Of a DNA stretch of 53,077 bases, positions 13,368-25,918 are shown in pieces. The stretch is from Chara braunii (Eukaryota; Plantae; Charophyceae). The notes beneath the pieces are model-generated. The model did no database searches and had not been told where the DNA came from. It saw only the letters and a program-made list of their open reading frames with translations. A program made the position numbers and the translations under genes. Every line of letters starts with the position of its first letter. Position 1 is the first letter of the stretch. The DNA lies in assembly GCA_003427395.1 (NCBI GenBank), contig BFEA01000040.1, positions 4,029,550 through 4,082,626 of the forward strand, given 5' to 3'.

Positions 13368-13420
13368 TAGGCATGCAAGTGGCATTCAGGAGGTTGTGGG
13401 TTCAAGCCCCATCTGCCGCC
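13368..13420 (+). mobile_element. tRNA-SINE head fragment
   Basis: GGCATGCAAGTGGCATTCAGGAGGTTGTGGGTTCAAGCCCC matches 11610-11650. Confidence 0.65.
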
Positions 13421-13895
13421 TGCGGCGCACTTAGTGCCAACGGACTGTGATAGTCCTCTGGATACCCCTGATCGGTATTAGCGGGGTTTATGACCAACAC
13501 GGGTGTGAGTGTGAGCGCGAGTGGGTTGTGTGTGGTGTGTGGGAGAGTGTTGGCCATAGCCTCTGCTGCTACTCGATGAAGGGTNGGGGACGATGAGAAA
13601 GGGAGGCACAGCTACTGGCAGGTCTCGGTCTTTGTGTTAGCCAGACCCCCACTGGCAGCCCCAACCCTATACCCTAACCATTATGGGCAAGGGGCAACAT
13701 GAAATCCCCCCTTCACAGAGAGAGGAAAACTATGCTTGCAGGGGTCCCCTCTAGATAGTCTTAGGAGTAGGTAGCCCGAAGCAAAGACCGGCCGCCTTGA
13801 GGTGGCAGGAAATCTGGCGCCAACCCACAAATTAGAGACCCGGAGGGCAACCCGCTCTCCCATGGAGAAAGTGGGTAAAAAAGGGAATCTACACG

Positions 13896-15230
13896 ATGGG
13901 AGACATATGGGATGACATGCGGGCCACATGGCTCTCAGAACAAGCACTGCTTGCCAAACTTGGCCCCATCCACAATCTGACCCAGGACCTGCAGGAACTA
14001 CAGGAGGCGGTCCCACTAGCCTGGGTCAGAGCTCTGAAAAAGGGTCCATCCATCCAAAAGGGAGACTGGGTAGTGCATATGGACTCCCTGCTCCTCCCCA
14101 TGACTATATACAGGGTCCACCAGCTGACACATGGCTCGCTGCACCTCGAAGCCTTTTGCCCAGACCTGCCTGGGGCGAGGTGGTCCGCTGTGCTTCGGCA
14201 GCCAGACCTTGACAGGCAACTTCATGATACGGCTGCCTTCCTCAGAGTTCGGGTGGTGGAGGACAAAGACGAAATTTGCTATGCGTACGAACCCGCCACT
14301 CCGCTGTCCCATCTCCCCTTTGACCCGACGGAGTGGGAATGGAGAGTGGGGACGGAAACTACAAACACCCCATGGCAATACTCAGTTAAAAATGGGTATA
14401 AAGCAGCGCGCACCTCAGCACCAGTCATGGAAGATATCCTACGAAGATGGGAGAGGGATTCCTCACTGACAAAAGAGGATTTCCGTTCTTTCAGATGGGC
14501 ACTCTTCTCCCACCTGAAACCGACTAATCACAGAGCTCTCCAGTGGCAGATCATTCACAGATGTTTGCCCACCCCAGATTGGTTGACAAATAGGACAGAC
14601 CTGGAGCAGAGAGGACTTATGTCCCCGCGCTGCTCGTACTGCATTGACACTCCCCCCAGAAAAAGGGCCACACTGGAGCACTGCCTCCTTGACTGTCCAA
14701 TGCTGTCTCGGCTCTGGAGATGGTGGGATGCAGCTTGGCACTACCTTACTGGATACCATTTGCCCTGGAACCTGCACTGCCAAGCCCTCTTTCTCGGTAT
14801 TACCACACAGGGAGAGCATTGGTCACCATTTGCACTCAATCTGTTCCAATACACCGGCCTCGCCCTTCTAATGGCGGCTCGGAGAATGAGGTGCTCGCAC
14901 GAAAGAAGCCAACTCCTGTTCGGGTTTCAGCAAGCTAAAGCTGAAATAATCCATCTGATTACGATACAAACACATGATGCCTGGAAAGGCCTGCAAACAA
15001 GACTGCAACAAGAGGGGGACGCAGCCAAGCGATCACGGCTAGTCGACAACTTCTCTACAATATGGATGGACCCGAACTCGAGACTATGTCATTTGGACAT
15101 GGATCACAGCCTGCAATGGCAATTATGGCTAGCAACCGAGAGCCAATGGGAATTCCTGCCGCAACAAAACTTCACGATACAACACCAACCCACTAACTTT
15201 GTACTGATACTTGAAGTTCGCCCGATCCCC
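13896..15230 (+). mobile_element. L1-like LINE ORF2 C-terminal region (zf-RVT), 5'-truncated
   Basis: long open frame with GDIWD, LQWQIIHRCLPT and CCHC knuckle CSYC...EHCLLDCP...LW; no RT core. Confidence 0.85.
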
Positions 15231-15308
15231 TGTCCTGGAATCCTGCTCCCTTGCCCCTCCTTCCCCCCTCCACTACCCCCCTCCGCCACCCCTCCCTCCC
15301 CCTCCCCC

Positions 15309-15346
15309 CTGTCTCTTATACACATCTAGATGTGTATAAGAGACAG
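15309..15346. other. Nextera mate-pair junction adapter (assembly artefact)
   Basis: exact CTGTCTCTTATACACATCT+AGATGTGTATAAGAGACAG (two Tn5 mosaic ends back to back). Confidence 0.98.
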
Positions 15347-15961
15347 CTTCCCCCCTCCCCCTCCCTTCCCCCCCCCCCCCCGCCACAACCCGGCCAGGGT
15401 GCTCTCCCCCGCCTCAATGGGACCAGCAGGACATAAGATATAAGACCGGTCCCCACATCAGGACAGGGACCGGGATAATCAAGGGTCAGGCAAAAGGGAG
15501 AGAGGGTTTAGGACTCACGGGATTAAGGGCTCCAACAGATTGGGGTCAAGGGTCAGGGTTCAGGGTTTGGGGACCTAAGGGTTTGGGGGCATCACGGGCA
15601 AGGTATCAGGGATAAGATAAGACAATGCACGGACAGGCAGTGGGGGACTAGTTAAAACTGCACACCCAACATCTCTTCTCAGATACAGAGGTCACTGGCA
15701 CGTGGGGATATCTACACCTTTGTTCTCATTTGCTTCTCCATCCGGCCACACACATGCATGCACACAGCATGCCTGTCCAAGGCACAGACATGCACAACAG
15801 ACGCCACAAAACATCATATGTACTGCATCTTGCAACTCACAACTCACAATCTACAACCTGAAAATCATGACAATTATACCTGCACAAGGCCGTAACATAC
15901 ATAGTATATACAACAGACAATTGCAAATGTAATATAGCTGGACAGTACACTTATAGTCATA

Positions 15962-18840
15962 GGGGCTCGTTAGACACTCCTCGGGCGCTCAAAAATCCCG
16001 AGGAATTGATCATTTCATCTGTCCTCGGAGAGTGCTCCCTCGAAATCGATGTGAAAACATTTCCTCGGGGCGTCCTCGGGCTACAGGCATTTGCCTGTGT
16101 TCCCCAAGGTACTTCGCGAGGTCCCTCAGAGTGGGAGTTTCCGTGAAAATCGGGACGGCAGCGCGAAAATCGGGACGGCGGCGGCGCTCTTCGACGACGT
16201 CATAATTTTGTAGTCTGGTACATTGTTGGGCCAGCCGAGGTGCGGGCGGACATTAGCGGCCGACAACGTTCGACTCCGGCGGGAACGACCGCAATGGTAA
16301 GGTTGGGTGGCGGACGGGGTCTCTGGCCGTTTCCGATTTATCCCGGCCCCTCACCAGCGCCGACGGGAAACGGGAAGGCCTCCAACGGCCAGCCGTTTCG
16401 AAAATGACAGCGGCGTACGTCCGTCACCGCGCGCAGTGGTCCACAATGTAAAGCGGCAGAGGGCGTCGCCAGTCGTGCCCACGCAGGCCTGCTGTTTGCC
16501 GCCGTCTGGGTAGACGTTACGTTGTCGTGCGTTGTCGTCGTTAGTTGCCCTTGCGAGAACGGTTGTGTTACATGGTCGACGTGCTCCGCAAGCTGCCGCT
16601 GGTCCTCCTCGTCGTGATTCTGCTTCTAGTTGTCGTCTTTGTTCAGGTGTGCATACTGGGGAGGTTGCCTTCACATACTCGTAGGAAATGAGGGGTGAGG
16701 AAGAGCGTGGCCATGGACGGGCGGCGGCCGAATCTTGCCACGTTGTCGGACACTTATCCCAGCCACCGGCCTGCGATCTGCACCGGTGTAGACAGAAGGG
16801 CGGCAGGTCCGTCGCCGTACGAAGGACTCCCGCCTCACATGCAGCCTCTGCCCGATTCGGACGAGGGGGAGGCGGACGTGGACGTGTCCAACACAGTTCC
16901 GCTGGGTAGCGATCGACCTAGGAATGGATGGGTAGCCAGTTGTATGATCGGCGCGGAGCGAAGTACAGGCAGTCGTTCACTTCCCTCCTCCACGAAGGTG
17001 CCCAGGACGAGGAACGCCTCCCCCCTGTGGATCTCACATTTGGCCGGCGGAGCGGGAGCCCATCTTCTGCCACGCGCACTGTGCTCGTGAACCCTCATCC
17101 CAACGACGACGCGGGGCAGGTGACATTGGTCGGCAGGGGCACGAGAGGTGGTTCTGCGCCTCATGAGACGTCCAAGAAGACGAGGGAGCGGCCTCGAGTG
17201 CAGGCGACTTCTGGCCCGTCAATTCTACGCACCACCGGTGGTCGCCCTGAGTGGATGAACCCCCCTCCTGCGTTCTCCAGGGGTCGCGACACCGTTCATC
17301 GTCTAGTTGAACGAGGTGTGAGTGAGGAAGACTTCCCTTTCGAGGGCGTGCATGGAGATGGCAGGCGGGTATGGAAGGAGTCGAGGCAGGAGTTGCGGCG
17401 GCAACAAGAAGAGTCCATAACACAAGGTGTGCAGCGATTACGCGTGGGCGAGCGGGCCAGGCAAGCAGACGCGGTTGGCGGGGGGGGTGACGTCTGGACA
17501 GACGGTGACGAAGTTCAGTGCGACGTTGAGGAGGACGACAACGGTGACGTGTTCCCGTTGCGTGCGCCGAACATGGGTGGCAGGGTCGGCAGAGGCAGGG
17601 CTTCGACGAATGTTGGGCGGAGGGGGAAAAGGTCGTTGGCGACCTCTGCTGATGCGAAAGGTGAGGGGGATGGGGAGGGTGGTCGGAATTTCTGGTTTGT
17701 GGATCACATGGTGGCCCTCATAAGGGCGAAGCGGGATCAGGACGCCCAGCTGCAAGTGGCGGGGCACGCATTCGCACGGATGTGGTCGAGGGAGTGGAAA
17801 TGGTTGAACGTCCGGGAGAGGTTGCTGAAGGTCGGTGTTGACAGACCGGCAGACAAATGCGGGAAGAAATGGGATAATCTTATGCAACAGTTCAAAAAGA
17901 TCCACACTTTCATGGGCATGTCGGGGAAGGAGGACTTCTTCCAGTTGACGAGTCAATAGAGGGCAGAGAAAGGATTCAGCTTCAACATGGATCGGGCCGT
18001 CTACGAGGAGATCAAAGGGGCGAAGGAGAGGAGCTACACTATCAGCCCAAGCAATGTTACAGACATCGGTGGCGCAGGAGGTGTGCAACTCCCATCTGCA
18101 CAGTCGGCGACTCCGGAATCTGTGGGGGACGGGGATGCCGCTGGAGATGGCAACGACGAAGACGACAGCTCAGCGCGTGGGGGCTCACAGACGACTGGAA
18201 GTCCGGCCGGTTTCAGGAAGAGGAAAAATGTGCAGCAGCAGACATTCGAGGCCTTAAGCGAGTGCATGGAAAAGCATGGGGCGTTGATGGCGTCGACGAT
18301 GGGGAGCGAGAGCAGGAGGCAATGCAAGGCAATGGAGAACACGAGCAAGAGGCAATGCTCCATTCAAATTCGGCAGTGTGAGGCTATCGAAGCGGAGGTG
18401 GAGGTCCAGAAGCAACACTGCGCTGCGTCTAATGAAGTTAGCAAGCTTATGTGTCATGCGCTGCTGGAAATAGCGAAGGCTATACGAGAGCGGTAGACGG
18501 GAACGTCTGCCACATTGCATTTTTTGGCTATGGATGTCACTCTGTTGCCACTTTGTCGTCTACTTAAGTTGGATGGAGTTAATTCACACTCCTAGTTCAT
18601 TTCGTGCCATGGGTTTGTTTTCGGTTTGTGTCTGTAGAGGAGTGGCCGTTTCCGCATGACGCCCACTGCAACACCCCTGCGCTTCCCCGATAGGGCCGTC
18701 ACACGCACGCATCCCCCCGCCCCACCGCACCAGACGCCACGCTTGGCCGATTCAAATTTCGAATTTTGAAATCACACGCGCGCGCGCAATTTTCCTTTTC
18801 CCGCGGCGGCGGCAGTCCCTTTTCAAATTCGCCGCCCAAC
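15962..18840 (+). mobile_element. PIF/Harbinger element carrying Myb/SANT ORF (right end not found; end coordinate approximate)
   Basis: left TIR GGGGCTCGTTAGACACTCCTCGGGCGC identical to the MITE at 19636, with further subterminal homology. Confidence 0.7.
16713..18496 (+). pseudogene. Harbinger ORF1-type Myb/SANT (trihelix/GT-like) DNA-binding protein, disabled
   Basis: W..DHMVALIRAK...WKWLNVRERL...RPADKCGKKWDNLMQQFKKI; in-frame TAG at 17957-17959 separates the 343-aa and 169-aa ORFs; probable frameshift near 16910; C-terminal coiled coil. Confidence 0.85.
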
Positions 18841-18908
18841 TAAGACAACTAAGTCACCAAATAGATTACTATTGCAAAACATGTTTCTTTTTCACATTGT
18901 TTTTCATA

Positions 18909-19007
18909 GGGACGCTGGACCCGATTTCCAGCAAGTGCTGCTCCCCACTAATAGATGGAGCCTCCCCGGAGCTGCTACAGGTGTCTGCTCTTATCAACAC
19001 CTCTAGC
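18909..19007 (+). mobile_element. GGGAC three-hairpin element copy, A-run downstream
   Basis: similarity to the family. Confidence 0.8.
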
Positions 19008-19635
19008 GTCCGTTCGGGTTGTTTGATCACCCCATAAAAAAAAAGGAGTAGGTAGTAGAGGGTAAACAAAAAAAAAAGAGTTGTTTGATCACCCCATAAA
19101 AAAAAATGTGTAGGTAGTAGAAGGTAAACAAAAAACAGAAGTTGAGAGAAGAATATAGACAGTTGTGATCACCCCATTAAAAAAAAAAAGAAAAAAAAAA
19201 AAGAAGGGCAAGTGGACCAAATTTGAATATTTTTTATTTAATAATTTTAACTCACTTTTGTCAAGGGTAAGGAACTCTGAGTCAGACAATGCTAACAGTG
19301 CCCAACACTAGTACTTTCCTGGATGCATTTGACCCGAATTACAGCCTCACCTGGATGTATCTGACCGCAATTACGTCCAGAGCTCTCTGTGAGAGAAGAA
19401 GTTCCAAGTGGGAGTATATTCTGTCTACAGTGAACTTTATCTTTTTTTTTTTTTTTTTACCTCATAAAAGCCAGGAACCGGGTCGGCGTCCCTCACAAAG
19501 GCTGACCGTTATGGCATGATCTGGGCACTTGGGCCAGGTTCATGCCCTGGTCGCAGTCAGCAATGAAAACTCAAAAAATCAGCAAACTCAAAACACAACA
19601 GCACAGACAATTTCAATGTCCCTAGGTCATACTAA

Positions 19636-20096
19636 GGGGCTCGTTAGACACTCCTCGGGCGCGTAAAGTCCCCGAGGAATTGTTCGTTCCAGCTATCCTC
19701 GGGGATGCAGTTGGAAAACAAAAAGTGAAAACACTCCGAAGGAAATTCCTTGGGCTCCGAGGATTCCCCAGCCATTTCTTCCTTTTGCCCAAGGGACCTC
19801 ATGAGGTCCCTTGGGCAAAAGGAATCCGCGTTTCACGGAGAGGAGCGGCCTTGGGTAGAGAGACGTTACAACCGAGAATCTGGATTGTGGTGGCACCCTA
19901 TTCAATTTGGCGGAAGGCCTCAAGAACATTTGATTTTTTTTTTCGTTTCTTTTTTCTTTTCTGACATCGCTCGAAGGAAATGTCCTCGGGCAACCTCCCC
20001 GAGGATAGGTGGAAGGAAGGGCTCAAATTTCCTTTTGAACCAAACGGAATTTTTCCTTTTGCCTGAGGATTTCAATAGGAGTGTTTAACGAGCCCC
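19636..20096. mobile_element. Tourist-like (Harbinger) MITE, 461 bp
   Basis: 20-bp TIR GGGGCTCGTTARACACTCCT with 1 mismatch; TAA TSD at 19633-19635 and 20097-20099. Confidence 0.93.
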
Positions 20097-20879
20097 TAAG
20101 GCTCGCATATACAGACTAAGGGGCTGATCCCACTTCTAGCAATTTTCGTAAGACCGTAAAAGTGCCACTTTTAGCGGACCTGGTCCGAGCGGTTCGTAAA
20201 AGCAAAATGGGATCCAACTTCTCCTCTGTTCTCGGGGCTTTTTCGAGTAAACCGGCGGGTTGTTGTGGGGGGGTGTGCGGGGTCGGATTTCGGGGTGTCC
20301 GTTCGGACAACGCGTGGTGGCCAGTATGGCCGTGGGTGGTGTGTGACATTGCGGTGGTCTGCCCCCCAGTGTGGGCCCAGGGGGTTTTGTGTGGCAAGCA
20401 TGAGGACCATCGTGAGGCCTTCTCTGGCCTCCGCTGTAGCAACCCACAAGTTTTGGATCGGCGTGGTGAGGGAGGTGTGAGTTTTCGCAGCGCCTGTTTC
20501 CGCCATACCCTGTCGGTGCCAGGCGTGCACTGCACGTTGGGACTGCGGTGATTTCCCTATCCATCACCTCGTGGGCACGGGCAGCACGTGCCGGTGGTCG
20601 GTCAGCCATCGCAACTCCTGCCATTTTCTCCCCTGGGTCATGCTTGATATCGCGGAGGCGTCCGTGAGCTACCGTCGCTGCAGCTAGACTGACAGAAGTC
20701 CGGTGGAGTGGCATATCAGGTGCATAGATAAGCGTTGTGTTCGAAGGTGAGAAGTTGCAACACGGCCATCCTCCTTTCCCTCTCAACGCTGCATCGGTCG
20801 TTCAGGGATTTCTGCTTCACGCCTATTCGTCGACGCAGAGGCTTCCGAGTGTCTTCCCCCATTCAGCAACCATCCCCAA

Positions 20880-22347
20880 TGGCTCGATTGACGCAGGCCC
20901 AACTCGGTATGATACTTGCTGCGGTTATCCGCTGGCTGCGGAAGAGGGAGCATCTAACCGTTATCTCCGCTTCCATGTTCATCCATGCGCTGGCGAACAT
21001 TCGAGTGATGCAAAACATGAGGAATGTGTTGTTGGTCATTGCTTATCACGTCTTTGAGGGTGCAGGGCGAGCGGACGGCCTTCTGCCCTTCGTTGGTCGA
21101 CGTCGGCGACGGCTGTGGGTGCGGGAGCGAGTGGGAGGAATGTGGGACGAGCTGAACATGACAGGAGTGGGACACGAAAAGAAATTTCGGGAATACACAC
21201 GGCTCACGCGTCCTGTGTTCGACGAAATTCTGCAACAAATTGCTCCAAGGATTCAAAGGAGGGACACTCGCTGGAGAGATGTTTTGCTAGCGTCTCTCAA
21301 GTTCGCCTTCGCACTTTACAGATGGGCCACAAGCGGTTTTTATCGGCAATGTGGGAACGACTTCGGTATGGGATTACACAGCGCCGTACGATGCACGGAC
21401 GACGTGGCAAGAGCTATTTGTGTGGAGTACGGGCATGTTTTGTGTTGGTCGACAGGTGCTCGCTTGCAGGCCACCCTCTACTACTACAAGGGGAAAGGTT
21501 TCCCCGGCTGTTCCGGTGTCATTGACTGTACACACATCTAAATTAATAAGCCACGTGGCGGGGAGGTGGAGCCGTACTTCGATCGCAACAAGCAATACTC
21601 AGTCCAAGCGCAGGTCGTGTGCGATGAGAACCTGCACATACTGGATGTCGTTGTTGGCGCACCTGGTTCTGTTCACGATTCGCGTGTTCTACGTCTGCCT
21701 GAGTTGTACTGGCGTGGAGAGGAAGGGGGAGAGCCTTTCACGCGGAGGACGAATGTGTTGATGGATGGCGTGGTGATGGGGAGATATCTGATGAGAGATG
21801 CTGGTTATCCAATCCTGCGTTTGGCAGCAGTGACCGGATGACGCAGGAGAGATCATTTGACAACAAGTTCTCTGCCTTGCGCAGCGCGATTGAAAGGTGC
21901 TTCGGCAGGTTGAAAGGAATGTAGAGATGCTTTGGGCGCAAACACATCGCGAATATGGAGCACCTTTGTTATCAGTTCTACGCTTGCTGCATTTTACACA
22001 ACATCATTATTGACTCGAACATCCCAGTCGACGACGAACTGCTGTGGCAGGGACCGGATGATGATAGTGAAGACGACGGCAGTGAAGGAGGACCTGCGGA
22101 AGGCGTGGACGGCAACAAAGATGGTGAGAATGAAGGAGAACCTGCGGACGGCATCGACAACGACGATAGTGATGGCGAGGCCGCTCTTCGACGCGAGGGG
22201 TCCACCTTGTATGGAACCCATCTGCAACGGAAAGACGCGGCGGAGGCTCTCCGTTGCTCTGTGCTACGGCACGCTCTTCATGTACCCCATGTTTTTGGTG
22301 CGCCTGCTGGTGCACAGGGATGTGTTCCCCACGACGCTTTTACATGA
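20880..22347 (+). pseudogene. PIF/Harbinger DDE transposase (DDE_Tnp_4/HARBI1-like), disabled
   Basis: FREYTRLTRPVF, GVIDCTHI*, YSVQAQVVCD, GAPGSVHDSRVL, DAGYP, RSAIERCFGRLK, ACCILHN motifs; two stops and a frameshift; putative left TIR TAA|GGGGCTGATCCCAC at 20120. Confidence 0.92.
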
Positions 22348-22819
22348 TTTGATTGGCCTCTCAAAAATGGAGAGAGAGAGAGAGAGAGAGAGATTTTTGA
22401 GAGAGAGTGCACAGTTTTCTGTGCTATTACTTTTTGTTACCTGTTCTGAGGGTCGTCAATATTGGGTGATGGAAACCTCTGGTTTATCTTCTTTTTTGTG
22501 GTCGTGTGTTTGGATTTGTCATTTCCATTGCGTCGTGAGTTTTTTTGTATTGAAACATTACGAAACTGGGATCCAATCATCCACCTACACAGTTCACAAT
22601 ATTCATTATACACACAAAGCATTTGAAAAGGACATGGATTGACCCGTTGTCAATAGGAAGTGCTTGGAAGGCACAGCCTGCATACATTGTCCAAATCAGT
22701 AGGCAATCAATTTTTTTCTTGGAACGGACAGCGTGCACACACTAGATTTCACACACTAGATTTCAACACGGCATGGCGTGATCCGTTGTCAATCTCTTAA
22801 TTCGTGCAAGTGGGACCTC

Positions 22820-22913
22820 GCCCCCGGTTTCCAGCAGGTGCAGCTCCCCACGAATAGCCCGGAGCCATCCAGGGATGGACCGCCTTGTATCACCAGGGGC
22901 CCACACAACCCTG
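22820..22913 (+). mobile_element. divergent GGGAC element copy, 5' end overlapped by a MITE end (~22780-22824)
   Basis: CCGGTTTCCAGCAGGTGCAGCTCCCCACGAATAG...GGAGC, then CCAGGG...CCCTGG stem; poly-A at ~22950. Confidence 0.65.
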
Positions 22914-23058
22914 GCGGCAGAAGGTCAGGTCTGAAACGATGTTAAATGCAAAAAAAAAAAAAAAAAAAAAAAGTCTCAACTTTCAAGTACCCTCTTCTCG
23001 GTCGCCAACTGGTTGACTGAATTTCGACGGTGACACTCTTTTGATGTGAGGGACGCCG

Positions 23059-23369
23059 GAGGCCAAGTCCCACTGGAGGCTAAGTCGCACTAGCGGCGTT
23101 GAGCTACCTCAACGCCTGAATGTAGACCTCTTTGCGGAGATGTGTAGAAATGGTGTTGATATTCATGAACGTCCAGATTCAGGTGTAGAAATGGTGTTGA
23201 TATTCATGAACCGTCCAGATTCAGGCGTTGGGGTTACTCAACGCCCGAATCTGGAGGTGTTTGTGGACCTGTGTGGTTGAGGAAACTCAACGCAATTTCT
23301 GCACATCTCCACAAACACGTCCAGATTCAGGCGTTGTGAAAACTCAACGCTGCTAGTGGGACTTGGCCC
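23059..23369. mobile_element. foldback MITE, TIR GGCCAAGTCCCACT (Harbinger-type)
   Basis: palindromic GCGTTGAG...CTCAACGC and TGAATCTGGACG arms; homologous to 46510 and 46750. Confidence 0.8.
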
Positions 23370-23959
23370 CCGGACCCGCTTCCAGCTAAGTAATGAAAGG
23401 CTACCGCAGTCTGAACCTAGCCGCAGTGCCTGGATCATGCTGTAGAGCTTGTCCTCTAGACAAAAAAAAAAAAAAAAAAAAAAAAGGTTTAGCGAGTTCC
23501 TTTAATTGACATAGAAGTAGGGTAAAGAAGGAAAAAAAAAAGAAAAAAAAAAGGCAAGGGACAAGATTGGCCGGAGGTAAGTAGAGTTCTCAAAGACAAC
23601 GAAGCCCTTATAATAGCACGACTTTCAAATGACGAAACAAGCTGACCAAGGAGGATAGAATCGACGATCGAAGGGAGAGAGAGAGACAGAGGAAAAGAAG
23701 GGACGACGATGACTCAACAAGCCATAGGAGTAGACAGGTCGGTAGGCGAAAGGCGAAAGAATTCGAGAGAAGAATATAATGCAGTACTTAAAAAGAAAAC
23801 AAAACAACAAAAATAAAGAAAAGCAAAAGAACGCAAATATAATAAGGCAAGGTCTCTTGTTTTATTTATTTTTTCGGTAATTTTGGGATTTTTTGCGAAA
23901 ACAATGTCATTTTTCAAAGACAAGTGATTATTGATCTTGATGGTTATTGCCAAAATCTC

Positions 23960-24862
23960 CCATGGCTCCATCATTTTCTCGTGAACATCCTCGTGTCTCT
24001 CGTTAGCCACGTGGCAGTCAGAACGCGTGCACCACGTGTCACTATGGGAGCGTGCCCACGTGCTTTCCCCCAACCTTGCCTACCGAGTCTAGCTCCGTCG
24101 GATCTTCCTCATGTCCCTTCATGAACAACCTCCATATCTCTGGCTTGCCACGTGGCAGCCGGTAACTGCGTGCCACGTGTCACTTGCTACCGTCTTGTCC
24201 CGCACCCTCATTTTGACTGTATCTGGACGTAAACATACCTTGTAAACATTCAGTATCAGGGTGCGTTATGTTCGGGGGAAGACGGTAGTGCAGCTTCCTC
24301 CATATTGATGAACATCCTCCATGTCTCTGGCTCGCCACGTGGCAGCCGAAGATGCATGCCAGGTAGCAGCCTGCGAAGCATGCCACGTGGCAACCGGCAG
24401 TGCATGCCACGTGTCAATTGCGACGTCTATCCGTTCACTCCACATTAATGACATCTTCATGTGTCTCGACTTCCACGTGGCGGCCAGAGGTGGACGCTCC
24501 GTATTGATGAGATCTGACATCTTCATCTGACTCCATTGCCACGTGGCGGCGGAAGTGGACGCCTCGTGGCCCAGCGGCTTGCTCCAGTTGTGCCTACGGT
24601 AGGACATCATCACGCTACAACGTTTGGCTCAGCTGGCGGTATAGGATAGGCCAGGTGGCATAACCCGCTCTTCCCCACCCGGCGCGCTGCTGCGCTTTTG
24701 GCGCCAGCTGCAGATCTCGGTCCCGCCAAAACTGTGCCGCCCCCGATGCGCTCCACGTTTCCCGCCAACTCGCTGTCAATAAAGGAGGCGAAAATTGGAC
24801 GGCCAGATGACTCCTCCGGCCGGGGTACACCTTATCACGTCTCTTTCCCCTCTTCCACGTGA
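23960..24862. repeat. degenerate tandem units rich in G-box CACGTG
   Basis: about 11 CACGTG, mostly GCCACGTGGC or CCACGTGTCA. Confidence 0.75.
24190..24285. mobile_element. pogo/Tc1-mariner-like MITE
   Basis: TA|CCGTCTT...AAGACGG|TA. Confidence 0.85.
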
Positions 24863-24871
24863 ACACCACGA

Positions 24872-24980
24872 CCATCTTCACCCGACTACCTAGAACGCCC
24901 CGTCATTATCGCTGTATCTGGACTACATGTTGCCCCAAATACAGCTATAATGACCACGCGTTCTATTCGGGCGAAGACGG
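24872..24980. mobile_element. pogo/Tc1-mariner-like MITE, degenerate
   Basis: CCATCTTCACCCGA...TCGGGCGAAGACGG|TA. Confidence 0.7.
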
Positions 24981-25039
24981 TAGTCGTAGACAATGGGAAT
25001 CGATCTTGCATTGCACGAGAGTCCACGAGCGAACAAATG

Positions 25040-25101
<62 letters not shown>

Positions 25102-25270
25102 CATGTCTTCGCGAACGAGATGCTCGATCATTTGCCTGATGCTCTCAATCGCCAGCGGATCAGGGAAAAAAACCCTCAAAATAAAAAATAAAAATAAAAA
25201 ATCTACATTTCTAGCTAGTATACAACAGTGGGCCTCAGAATGATGAGGTCACGGGAAGGAGAAACACCGA

Positions 25271-25329
<59 letters not shown>

Positions 25330-25886
25330 CCCCCCCCCCCCCCGAGGCAACGCGCAAAACTTTTCAAGCTGTCTACATCACCCGAGGAGATGCCCAGGCA
25401 GACGCAAGGCCCGCGATTGCGAAAAACTCCTGAGGGCAATTTCGACCGAAAACAAGGGAGGGGAAAAAAAGAGGACAGAGAGGACAAAGTTCCCCCGCCC
25501 CCCCCTCTCCCAAGAAAAGAGGACAAAGAGGGGTGAAAAAGGAGGAGGAGGACGTTTCGACCAAATAAATGGTGGAGTGGGATCACTCCTGCGCAATCTT
25601 CATCTCTTCCATCTTCTTTGAAGGCCGCCAGTGTACCATTGCTGAACGCAAACTGGGTTCGAGCTCTTGACCTGTTTCTTCTGCCTGTCGTTCTCTCACA
25701 CAGACACACGCACGCACGCACGCACTGGACTGGACTGAAGTACACGCATTCACGAGGGGTGAGTTCGATCCTCGACCTCCATCTTATTCATCTCCTCCTT
25801 CCCGTACATACATTACCCCCCCCCCCTCCCCCTGCTGCTCGTCCCCTCACCCCCTCCTCTCCAGCTCCTCCTCTCCTGATTCTACC

Positions 25887-25918
25887 CTGTCTCTTATACA
25901 CATCTAGATGTGTATAAG
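25887..25918. other. Nextera mate-pair junction adapter (artefact) at gap edge
   Basis: CTGTCTCTTATACACATCTAGATGTGTATAAG. Confidence 0.97.

Noticed and set aside
15309-15346. Tn5/IS50 insertion or bacterial horizontal transfer
   Set aside because: Exact synthetic Nextera junction adapter; no transposase nearby.
15500-15590. Interstitial telomeric repeats
   Set aside because: Only degenerate GGG-spaced units; more likely a G-rich LINE 3' region.
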